From Armatimonadota bacterium (lineage in GTDB: Bacteria > Sysuimicrobiota > Sysuimicrobiia > Sysuimicrobiales > Humicultoraceae), in NCBI GenBank assembly GCA_037443365.1, contig JBBIOM010000029.1:1-25515 (forward strand): a stretch of 25,515 bases of DNA. The letters run 5' to 3'. The notes beneath the pieces were generated by a model. The model worked only from the letters and a program-made list of their open reading frames with translations, had not been told where the DNA came from and ran no database searches. Within the stretch, counting starts at the first letter, position 1. Every line of letters begins with the position of its first letter. The position numbers were made by a program, and so were the translations under genes. Below, in pieces: positions 17,742-25,248 of this stretch.

Positions 17742-19718
17742 TCACCTCTTGTAGAAGAACTGCTCGGGGCGTGCGTTCCCCAGGGTGCGCAGAGGCCAGT
17801 CATTGCCGAGCTTGTCCGGGATGTTGCGCATCCGGACGTTGGCCACGACCACTCCCTGGATCATCGGCGTCAGACCGATGAGCCCGATCTCGTACATGTT
17901 GTCCACCCAGATCCTGAAGATCTCCTGGGCGATCCTTACCTGCTCCCTTGTGCCGACCGTCTTGCCCCTGTCGATCAACTCGACGATCCGCTTGGTCTCA
18001 GCAGGGGGCTCGGCGCCTTCCCTTCCGCCCGTATCGTACCACTGCTTCCAGAGCGGCCCCGTGGTGATCGTCCCATACAGGAGAGAACGCGGGTCGTACT
18101 TCGGCACCCCCGTGAACGGGAAGCCAGAGGTGTCCTGATTCCAGATCTCGGCCTGGAGGTCGTTGGCCATACGCATCGTGAAGTGCAGCGCCCGGTCGCG
18201 GACGTGGACGATGGTCCTGATGCCCACCCTCTCCCAGTCCTTGGCGACCAACTGCGCGATGTCGGGCCAGGGACCAAACGCCGGGACCACGGAGAGTTCG
18301 ACCGTGGCGCGCCTGGTCGTCCCGGGCAGGAGGCGGAACCCTTCCGCGTCCTTTCGGTCCAGACCGATCCTGTCCAGCATCCTGTTGGCTTCGTCCATCC
18401 TGTGCTCGGTGTACTTCTTCGCCACCGCATCGCCCGGATAGTACGGGTGCCAGGGGGCGGCCACGGGCTGGCGGGGCACGCCAAGCCCCAGGAACGCGGA
18501 CTCCTTGATCTCGTTGCGGTTGATGGCGAGCGACATGGCGATGCGGAAGTCCCTGTTCTGGAACAGCCGGCCCAGATCAGGATCCCTGGCGAAGGTCTGG
18601 TTGAAGGTGACCGAGGCATCCGTGCCGCCGAAGGTCGGCCACAGGATGATGCGGTACTTGCCCGCCTTCTTCTCCTGCTCCTTGAACACGGGGTAGTTGG
18701 CCAGGCTGATGTGCCGCTCCTGCAGATCCAGTTGTCCGGCGATCGCCGCCATGTTCAGGGAGACGGCGTCGGTGAAGAACTTGAACTGGATGAAGTCTAT
18801 GTAGGGGAGCTGGTTGCCCTCCTTGTCCACGCCCACGAAGTAAGGGTTGCGCCGCAGGATGAACATCTGGTCGCTGATGCGGGTGACAGGCACCCAGGCC
18901 GCCATGGTGGGGCGCATGGGGTTCTCCGGGGGGTGGTTCCTGGCGGCGAAGAGCTCCACCCAGGTCCTGAACTTGGCGTCGGCGACAAGCCGATCCAGCG
19001 TTGCCCTGTCGGTGTACCTGGCGTGGAACTGCTTGAGGTAGTGCGCGGGCAGGAAGACCGCGTAGACCCGGTCGCCGCTATCCTTGTTGGCGAGCTCCAT
19101 CAAGAAGGTGGTGTTCGGCTCCTTGTACACCCAGCGGACCGTGAGGTCGTCCACCTTCTCGACCGTAACGGTCGTGCCGTCCCTGTTCCTCATCCAGGTA
19201 GGGATAGCGGGCGTGAGGTCCTTGTTCAGGAGCACGTCGTTGTACCAGAACATGATGTCGTCAGCGGTAAACGGCGCGCCGTCCGACCACTTGGCACCCT
19301 TGCGCAGCGTCACCGTCCAGGAGGTGAAGTCCTTGGAGGGCTCGGCCTTCGAGGCCAGCTTGGGATCGATCTTCGTCCCGTCCGGCGAGTAGCGAACGAG
19401 CGCATCGTAGACAACGCGATGGTAGTTGTTGAAGTCACCGGGTCCCAGGAACCCTCGGCGCCACATGCCTCCGTACTGGCCGATGCTCTCGAAGGTCTCA
19501 ACCACGAGCGGGTTTTCGGGAAGGCGCTGGCTCACCGGCGGAAGCTTTCCTTCCTTCACGAGCGGGGCGAGCATGGGCGCTTCCTTGTAGGTCTTCGCGG
19601 CCGCCGGGGCGGCAGACGCCGGGGCCAGGGTCAGCGCGGGAACCGGTGCATAGACGCCGAGGCCTAGCGCCAGGACCACGATCGCGACAACCAACGTGCC
19701 GTGCGGACTGCCCTTCAT
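17742..19718 (-). CDS. ABC transporter substrate-binding protein, family 5 (DppA/OppA-like)
   Basis: Sec signal without a lipobox Cys; EAPML..GKLPPVSQRLPENPLVV..IGQYGG, LRKGAKWSDGAPFTADD, RNPYF..D..GNQLPYID, FRIAMSLAINR; SD GGAGAGG before ATG 19718. Confidence 0.93.
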   Translation of the reverse strand: MKGSPHGTLVVAIVVLALGLGVYAPVPALTLAPASAAPAAAKTYKEAPMLAPLVKEGKLPPVSQRLPENPLVVETFESIGQYGGMWRRGFLGPGDFNNYHRVVYDALVRYSPDGTKIDPKLASKAEPSKDFTSWTVTLRKGAKWSDGAPFTADDIMFWYNDVLLNKDLTPAIPTWMRNRDGTTVTVEKVDDLTVRWVYKEPNTTFLMELANKDSGDRVYAVFLPAHYLKQFHARYTDRATLDRLVADAKFRTWVELFAARNHPPENPMRPTMAAWVPVTRISDQMFILRRNPYFVGVDKEGNQLPYIDFIQFKFFTDAVSLNMAAIAGQLDLQERHISLANYPVFKEQEKKAGKYRIILWPTFGGTDASVTFNQTFARDPDLGRLFQNRDFRIAMSLAINRNEIKESAFLGLGVPRQPVAAPWHPYYPGDAVAKKYTEHRMDEANRMLDRIGLDRKDAEGFRLLPGTTRRATVELSVVPAFGPWPDIAQLVAKDWERVGIRTIVHVRDRALHFTMRMANDLQAEIWNQDTSGFPFTGVPKYDPRSLLYGTITTGPLWKQWYDTGGREGAEPPAETKRIVELIDRGKTVGTREQVRIAQEIFRIWVDNMYEIGLIGLTPMIQGVVVANVRMRNIPDKLGNDWPLRTLGNARPEQFFYKR

Positions 19719-19824
19719 GGTGATCCCCCTCTCCTGCCAGCCTGATTTCAGGTCCATTCCATGTTCCGTACCATGCGGTTTCAGCGCCTTCTGTCTCCTC
19801 GCCCACCTCCAGTCGGGCCTGGGC

Positions 19825-20259
19825 CTACCCGCCGACCCTCACCCGATCGAAGTCCCACCCGAACCTCTCACACACAGCCCGAACATGGCTCTCCCAGGTC
19901 GGCTCGCCCTGGGGTCTTCCGCCAAGGAAGGCACCGACGCTCAGGTAGCGCAGCGGCCGCAAGCCCGTGCAGGTGATGCCGTGAGGCGTGCGGGGGGGTA
20001 TGCGAACCAGATCGCCTGGCCTCACCGGATGGCTCTGCTCCGGCTCACCTATCACCAGGTTGCCGGCGCCTTCCAGCACGTAGAAGATCTGCTCCATGTC
20101 GTCGTGGACGTGCCGGGGCGCTGCCCCGCCGGGCTCCACCACAACGATGAACGCCTCGGAGGTCTCCGCCTGGGAGCGGTCCATCACCAGGTCGTTTATG
20201 TGGGTCGGGAATCGGTAGCGGACGGTATCGGCGGTGCTGAACACGTATCGCGTCACCAT
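19825..20259 (-). CDS. Cupin domain protein
   Basis: PRHVHDDMEQIFYVLEG and GDLVRIPPRTPHG metal motifs; ATG 20259 with SD GGGAGG. Confidence 0.9.
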   Translation of the reverse strand: MVTRYVFSTADTVRYRFPTHINDLVMDRSQAETSEAFIVVVEPGGAAPRHVHDDMEQIFYVLEGAGNLVIGEPEQSHPVRPGDLVRIPPRTPHGITCTGLRPLRYLSVGAFLGGRPQGEPTWESHVRAVCERFGWDFDRVRVGG

Positions 20260-20270
20260 CCGGCCTCCCT

Positions 20271-21287
20271 TCACCTGCCGTCCGCCGCCGCGAGCGCGTC
20301 GATCGCCTCGGGCGGGGTTCCAGGGCTGACGCCTCCGCCGGCGGAGAGAATCAGCCCTCTTCCGCCGGTCTTGCGCATGCAGTCGCGCGCCCACGCACGC
20401 ACATCATCGGGGGTGCCGCGCACCATGGTGTCCAGCGGCGGGACGTTGCCCATGAGCGCGACACCCGGCATCTTCGCGCTGACGTCGGCCACGTCCATCA
20501 TGTGGCTGAAGTTGAAGACATCGAAGCCGAGCGTGGCCATGGGCTTGACCAGGTGCGGGCAGGGAGTGTCGTTGTGGAAGATCTTCACGAGCCCGACGAA
20601 CTCGCCAAAGATGCGGGAGAGGCGCGGGCGCGCGAACCGCTCGAAGAGGTCGGGTGAGAGCATGCCGACGATGTCGTCGAGCAGCATGATGCCCTCGGGC
20701 GCGCGAAGCACTTCCAGCTGCGCGCGCAGCCAGGCGATGGCCGTGGCGGTGAGCGTGTCGAGCAGGCGGTGGCTCGCCTCGGGCTCTGTCTTGAGCGCGA
20801 TCAGGAACTCGCTCACTCCCAGCAGCCACGACGCCACCGCGAACGGGCCGCGCGCCGCGACCACCCGCACATTGACGCCCTCGGGCAAGAGCCGGCGCTC
20901 GGCGTCGGCATAGCGTGACAGGACCAGCGGCATCAATCCGTGTCGGGTCGGGTCCGGGGGGTCGATCCCGGCGAGCGAGGCGAGGCCGCCCCTTACGGGC
21001 TCTATGGACGGCGGCTGATCGTCGTGCCAGATGACGCGGGCGCCAAACGCGGATGGCTCAGCGGCCATGCCGTACTCCACCCAGTACCCGGGAATCCAGG
21101 CCACCTCGGGAAACCGCTCGGATAGCCCCAGGTTGACGCGCAGCCACTCGTCGGGTCGCAGGAAGTAGTCCAGCGTGCCAATGCCGGCGTATCCGGGCAG
21201 CCACGGGCTGTCCACGATCAACGCGACGGGCACCCTGTCGGCCTGTCCGCCCCGCGCAACCGCGACGAACCGCTCCCAGGGGGACAT
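20271..21287 (-). CDS. UROD/MtaA-CmuA superfamily protein (non-HemE), paralogue 1
   Basis: MSPWERF..DRVPV, AEPSAFG, RGPFAVA, MLSPDLFERF, IFHND, LMGNVPP, GTPDDV, ILSAGGG..PGTPPE; no HemE MRQAGR motif. Confidence 0.85.
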   Translation of the reverse strand: MSPWERFVAVARGGQADRVPVALIVDSPWLPGYAGIGTLDYFLRPDEWLRVNLGLSERFPEVAWIPGYWVEYGMAAEPSAFGARVIWHDDQPPSIEPVRGGLASLAGIDPPDPTRHGLMPLVLSRYADAERRLLPEGVNVRVVAARGPFAVASWLLGVSEFLIALKTEPEASHRLLDTLTATAIAWLRAQLEVLRAPEGIMLLDDIVGMLSPDLFERFARPRLSRIFGEFVGLVKIFHNDTPCPHLVKPMATLGFDVFNFSHMMDVADVSAKMPGVALMGNVPPLDTMVRGTPDDVRAWARDCMRKTGGRGLILSAGGGVSPGTPPEAIDALAAADGR

Positions 21288-21300
21288 CGTTCCAGACTCC

Positions 21301-22368
21301 CTACGCACCGGAGGTCGGGGCGCTGCCGGAAGGCGCGGGCCCAGTGGACTTGCGCACGGTCAAGGGGCTCTCCATAAGGGTATAGCCCTCGCCCGGAGGC
21401 GGCTGTCCCAGGACCATGCGTCGCAGAAGCTGCATCGCGATGCGCCCCATACGGTACTTGGGTTGGGCGACGGTGGTCAGGGGAGGGTCGGCGTGAGCCG
21501 CCATCGCGATGTCGTCGAAGCCGATCACCGAGATGTCCTCCGGCACCCGCAGGCGGTGCGCCCGCACGGCGTGCAGCACTCCGAAGGCCATGATGTCGTT
21601 GTAGACAACCACGGCCGTCGGGCGGTCCTCCGGCTCCGCCGTCAGGAGCGCGCTCATCGCCAGGAACCCTCCGCTAACGCTCGGCAGGCTGGAAAGACAC
21701 CATTCGGGCCGCAGGGTGAGCGACGCCTCTGTCAGGGCGGCCTCGATTCCGCGCCGCCGGGCCTGCGAGGCCTCGGAGGCGCCCGGCCCTGAGATGTAGG
21801 CAATGCGGGTGTGGTGAAGATCCAGGAGGTGACGCGTCGCGCGGTAGGTGGCGTTCTCGGAGTCAATGGTCACGCAGTGAATCTCAGGATCCTTGATGCA
21901 CCGGTTCAGCACGACCATCGGCAGCCGGTGACGGCTGCGCACGGCGATCAACTGGTCGGTGGGTAGGCGCAGGCCGCAGGCTATCACGCCGCTCGCCGAG
22001 CGCGCGGCCAGGGTCCGCAGTATGTGCTCCTCCCTCTGCGGATCCTCGGTCGTGTCAACGAGCAGGGTGATGGATCCGTGGGTGCCGCCTTCGTCCTGAA
22101 CGCCCCGCGCGATCTCGGCGAAGTACGGGTTCAGGATGTCGGGGACAAGGAGCACGACCGCGTCCTGCAGGGCCGAGGCGTTTGAGCGCGCGGGCAGCGG
22201 CCTATAGCCCAGGGCGTTGATGGAAGCCAGAACGCGCGCCCGGACGCTCTCGCGCACCGGCGCGCTGTTGTTGAGCACGCGCGACACCGTGGCCAATGAG
22301 ACGCCGGCACCGCGCGCCACGTCGGAGAGGTTCGGGCGGGGCCTCCTGACGTTCACACCTGCCCCCAT
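21301..22368 (-). CDS. LacI family transcriptional regulator
   Basis: LSDVARGAGVSLATVSRVLN HTH, NPYF, PTAVVVYND, VPEDISVIGFDD, PPLTTV, RKST. Start is 22368 or GTG 22356. Confidence 0.95.
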   Translation of the reverse strand: MGAGVNVRRPRPNLSDVARGAGVSLATVSRVLNNSAPVRESVRARVLASINALGYRPLPARSNASALQDAVVLLVPDILNPYFAEIARGVQDEGGTHGSITLLVDTTEDPQREEHILRTLAARSASGVIACGLRLPTDQLIAVRSRHRLPMVVLNRCIKDPEIHCVTIDSENATYRATRHLLDLHHTRIAYISGPGASEASQARRRGIEAALTEASLTLRPEWCLSSLPSVSGGFLAMSALLTAEPEDRPTAVVVYNDIMAFGVLHAVRAHRLRVPEDISVIGFDDIAMAAHADPPLTTVAQPKYRMGRIAMQLLRRMVLGQPPPGEGYTLMESPLTVRKSTGPAPSGSAPTSGA

Positions 22369-22383
22369 GGTCCTGACTGATAG

Positions 22384-22432
22384 TGATGGGTCTTTCAGAA
22401 AATACTATGCTATGGCGCGAAAAACATGTCAA
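22384..22432 (-). promoter_or_regulatory. Sigma70 promoter of the lacI-led operon, with a possible operator at +1
   Basis: TTGACA (22432-22427)-N17-CATAGT (22409-22404) in an AT-rich patch; TGAAAGACCCATCA (22397-22384) resembles a LacI-family operator. Confidence 0.65.
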
Positions 22433-22453
22433 GCGTGTCTTGGATTGGGGAGA

Positions 22454-23605
22454 TCAGGCGTACCTTCCGCACTCGCAGACCGCCTCCCACATGGCGACGA
22501 TGTTCTGTGGCGGCACATCAGCCTGGATGTTGTGCACGGCGCTGAAGACATAGCCCCCGCCGGGAGCGAGGGCCTCGAGGTTGCGCTTCACGTCGTCCCT
22601 CACCTGCCCGGGAGTGCCGTGCGGCAGGACCTCCTGGGTGTCCACGCCTCCGCCCCAGAAGGCGATATCGCCCCCGAAGTCGCGCTTGAGGGCGGCGGGC
22701 TCCATGCCGCTCGCACGAAGGTGCACCGGATTCAAGGCGTCCACGCCCAGCTCGATGAAGTCAGGCAGGAGAGGGCGCACGTTGCCGCATGAGTGGAAGA
22801 AGAGGAAGGCGCCGGGAGCGAGCCGCCTGATGTGATCGAACAGGATCTGCAGCCGCGGCTTGAACAGCCTGCGGAACATGCGCGGCGAGATGAGCTGCGA
22901 GGTCTGGGTGCCGTAGTCGTCCGCCTCTGATACCACGTCAATCACGCCGGCGAGGCGCGGCAGGGCCATCCCCCAGAAGGCCAGCTTCAGCTCCAGCATC
23001 TTGTCGAGAATCGCGCACGCGAGCGCCTCGTTCAGCACCAGGTCCGCCAGGAATCTCTCCATGCCGCGCACGCGCTGGGCCATCTCGAAGATCCCGGCCA
23101 GCACGCCCTTCACCACCACGGCCTTGCCCCCTGCGCGGTACGCCGCGGCCTGCTGGCGCAGCCCCTCGATGCGCCCCGGATCACCCGTATCGGGCCATGC
23201 CCGCGCGCGGACGTCGTTGACGCCCGGGTCCTCCTCCAACGGAGAGCGCATGATCGAATAGTACAGGCCATCGGGTTTCGGGCGCCTGTGCACGATCCCC
23301 CACTCATCGGTGTACTCCCAGGCGTCGCCCACGTCCACTTCGCTCACGCCCCAGTTGTGGCTGCATCGAGGGAAGAGCCCGCGCGCGTCAACTCCAAGGC
23401 GCTCGATCAGGTCCTCGTCCGGGAACGCGAGCTGCTGGATCGTGTCGCACAGATGCGGATCCACGCGCGGGAGGCCGATGTGATCACGCAGCCCCTGATA
23501 GGCGAGGGCGTGGATGCCCGTGACCTGCGTGCTGCCAAGATCAAGCGGCACACGGTCGGGCTCGCGGTGTGCTAGCGCGACAAGAAGGCGCTCGCGGGAG
23601 TCCAC
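22454..23605 (-). CDS. UROD/MtaA-CmuA superfamily protein (non-HemE), paralogue 2
   Basis: SRERL..HREPDRVPLDLG, TDEWG, RGMERFLAD, ADDYGTQ..LISP, FFHSCG, WGGGVDTQ..LPHGTP, GGGYVFSAVHNIQ. Start is GTG 23605 (SD AGGTGA) or 23614. Confidence 0.88.
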   Translation of the reverse strand: MDSRERLLVALAHREPDRVPLDLGSTQVTGIHALAYQGLRDHIGLPRVDPHLCDTIQQLAFPDEDLIERLGVDARGLFPRCSHNWGVSEVDVGDAWEYTDEWGIVHRRPKPDGLYYSIMRSPLEEDPGVNDVRARAWPDTGDPGRIEGLRQQAAAYRAGGKAVVVKGVLAGIFEMAQRVRGMERFLADLVLNEALACAILDKMLELKLAFWGMALPRLAGVIDVVSEADDYGTQTSQLISPRMFRRLFKPRLQILFDHIRRLAPGAFLFFHSCGNVRPLLPDFIELGVDALNPVHLRASGMEPAALKRDFGGDIAFWGGGVDTQEVLPHGTPGQVRDDVKRNLEALAPGGGYVFSAVHNIQADVPPQNIVAMWEAVCECGRYA

Positions 23606-23640
23606 GGAAATCACCTGCCAGCAACGCCCCCACGCAAGGG

Positions 23641-23664
23641 TTCACCACGCGGGCACCCATGCCT
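23641..23664 (-). promoter_or_regulatory. SigH-like motif AGG-N18-GAA upstream of UROD paralogue 2
   Basis: Minus strand GCAGGcatgggtgcccgcgtggtGAAC. Confidence 0.5.
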
Positions 23665-23685
23665 GCCATGAGCCGGCGCAGCGGG

Positions 23686-23711
23686 AGGCCAGGGGAAGAG
23701 CTATGGTGAAT
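23686..23711 (+). promoter_or_regulatory. SigH-like motif AGG-N19-GAAT upstream of the corrinoid arm
   Basis: GAGGccaggggaagagctatggtGAAT, back-to-back with the 23641-23664 site. Confidence 0.5.
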
Positions 23712-23760
23712 TCTTGACAGACTGTGCAAGACAACTGTGAGTAGATAACATGAAGGCACC

Positions 23761-24066
23761 ATGACCCCTGGATGACTGCACATGATGGGCGATGATTTCG
23801 CAACGCAGACCGGCCTTCTGGTGAGCCCGCAGAAGTGGAAGCGCTTCCTCAAGCCCGGCATCCGGCAGTACATCGACCTCGCCCACGCGCGCGGCCTCAG
23901 GGTGACGCACCACACGTGCGGCGCTGTAGAACCTCTCATCCCCACGTCCATCGGCACGGCGCACAACCTCCAGGCGGACATTCCCGTGGAGAACATAGTA
24001 GCGCTCCCGAAGGCCTATCATGAGTTTGCCCATACGAGGCGAGGTGGACGGCATGACGGCGCTTGA
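23761..24066 (+). pseudogene. Internally deleted remnant of a third UROD-family gene
   Basis: MTPG* then MMGDDFATQTGLLVSP..HHTCGAVEPLIP joined directly to IGTAHNLQADIPVENIVAL. Compared with paralogue 2, the N-terminal two thirds and about 70 aa between HxCG..P and the HN motif are missing. Confidence 0.8.
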
Positions 24067-24691
24067 GCGGCTCCGCACCGCGATCATCGAGGGCGCAGCG
24101 GAAGAGGCGGCGGCGCGCGTCGCGGAGGCGCTTGATGAGGGGACCGACGCGCAAACGATTCTGAATGGGGCGCTCATTCCGGCGATGGCCGAGGTCGGAC
24201 GGCGGTTTGAGGAGGGTGAGTACTTCGTCCCGGAGATGCTCGTCGCGGCGCGGGCGATGAAGGAAGGCCTGCGACTCCTCAAGCCGCACCTGGCCGCGGC
24301 GGCGGTGAAGCCTGCAGGAAGGGTCGCGCTCGGCACGGTCAGGGGCGACCTGCACGATATCGGAAAGAACCTGGTCGCCATGATGCTGGAGGGCGCCGGG
24401 TTCGAGGTCCTGGATCTCGGCGTGGACGTGCCGCCCGAGCGATTCGCCGACGCGGTTCGGCAAGGCGTGGGCATCATCGGCATGTCCGCGCTGCTCACCA
24501 CGACGATGCCGCTGATGAAAACGACGATCGAGCGTCTCGCACAGATGGGGTTGCGCGATGCCGTCCGCGTGATGGTGGGAGGCGCCCCGGTAACGGAGGC
24601 CTTCGCCAGATCCATCGGCGCCGACCTCTATGCCCCAGACGCAAGCGCGGCGGCGCGCGGAGCCCTGGCGCTTGTCGCCGGGGAAGAGTAG
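24053..24691 (+). CDS. Corrinoid (cobalamin-binding) methyltransferase partner protein, MtaC/MttC-like
   Basis: Cap domain (LIPAMAEVGRRFEEGEYFVPEML) and B12 motif GDLHDIGKNLV..DLGVDV..MSALLTTT..VGGAPV; SD GAGGTGG; ORF intact. Confidence 0.95.
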   Translation: MTALERLRTAIIEGAAEEAAARVAEALDEGTDAQTILNGALIPAMAEVGRRFEEGEYFVPEMLVAARAMKEGLRLLKPHLAAAAVKPAGRVALGTVRGDLHDIGKNLVAMMLEGAGFEVLDLGVDVPPERFADAVRQGVGIIGMSALLTTTMPLMKTTIERLAQMGLRDAVRVMVGGAPVTEAFARSIGADLYAPDASAAARGALALVAGEE

Positions 24692-24697
24692 CACGGC

Positions 24698-25090
24698 ATG
24701 GGCATCGAGGCGCTCGCCGAAGCCCGCCGCATCGAGGCGTACGGCATCGCGTCCAGCGCGCCGATCGCGGTGGACGCCTACTACCGCTTCCTGCGGATCG
24801 GTCTGCCCGTCGCCGTGGTGACCAACTCGCACGTGGAGGCCGTCAGCGCCTCACTGCTCCTGAAGGGGGATGTCGGCCGGAGCGACGGTCATCGCCCTCA
24901 CCTCGTTCCTGCGATCGCCAATCACCAGGGTTGCGCACGTCGCACTGGCCACGGCATCCGCGGAGATGGCGTTTAGGAACGAGGCGCTGGCGTCGCGCAT
25001 CGCTCATCGCCGATGTCCACCCCGGACGCTTCGCGGAGGCCAAGGCCGACCTCGAGGCACTGCGCCTGCTGGACGAGGTCATTGACGAGG
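24698..25090 (+). pseudogene. Fragmented MurR/RpiR-family regulator (SIS domain pieces, no HTH)
   Basis: ARRIEAYGIASSAPIAVDAYYRFLRIG..SH..SASLL.KGDV, frame change at about 24875 to AGATVIALTSFLRSPIT..EALASRIAH, second frame change at about 25007. The ISxSG segment is absent. Confidence 0.75.
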
Positions 25091-25248
25091 AGCTTCCTCA
25101 GGCGCTTGAAGGAGCCGATCTCGCCATCCTCGCCGTCGTATCAGACGTGGCGCTACCGGTGCTCGAGCGCGCGCCCGTTCCTGCCACCGGGAATGCCGCT
25201 CATGGCCCTCCGCGCGAGGCCTGCTTCGCGCCCGTCAGGCGCCCGTGA
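25087..25248 (+). pseudogene. Short Rossmann-fold fragment resembling NAD(P)-dependent glycerol-3-phosphate dehydrogenase (GpsA-like)
   Basis: EELPQALEGADLAILAVVSDVALPVLERA only; there is no start codon and no GxGxxG. Confidence 0.35.

Noticed and set aside
19741-19775. Short palindromes (CCTGATTTCAGG; CATGTTCCGTACCATG) upstream of the SBP gene
   Set aside because: They are imperfect and short and do not match the candidate operator at 22384, so they cannot be told from chance.
2635-20913. Many long antisense or alternative-frame ORFs (e.g. 2635-4023, 3899-5209, 15506-16858, 17619-19667, 19696-20913)
   Set aside because: Expected in high-GC DNA opposite real genes; they show no motifs and have biased composition.
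20271-23605. Calling the UROD proteins hemE
   Set aside because: They have no MRQAGR signature and no heme-pathway context; they are linked to a corrinoid protein instead.
23714-23747. TTGACA as a sigma70 -35
   Set aside because: There is no -10 at 16-18 nt; TAGATA is 22 nt away.
23773-23775. In-frame TGA as possible selenocysteine or readthrough
   Set aside because: It lies at a deletion junction of a remnant gene, is not at a Cys-equivalent position, and I recognised no SECIS.
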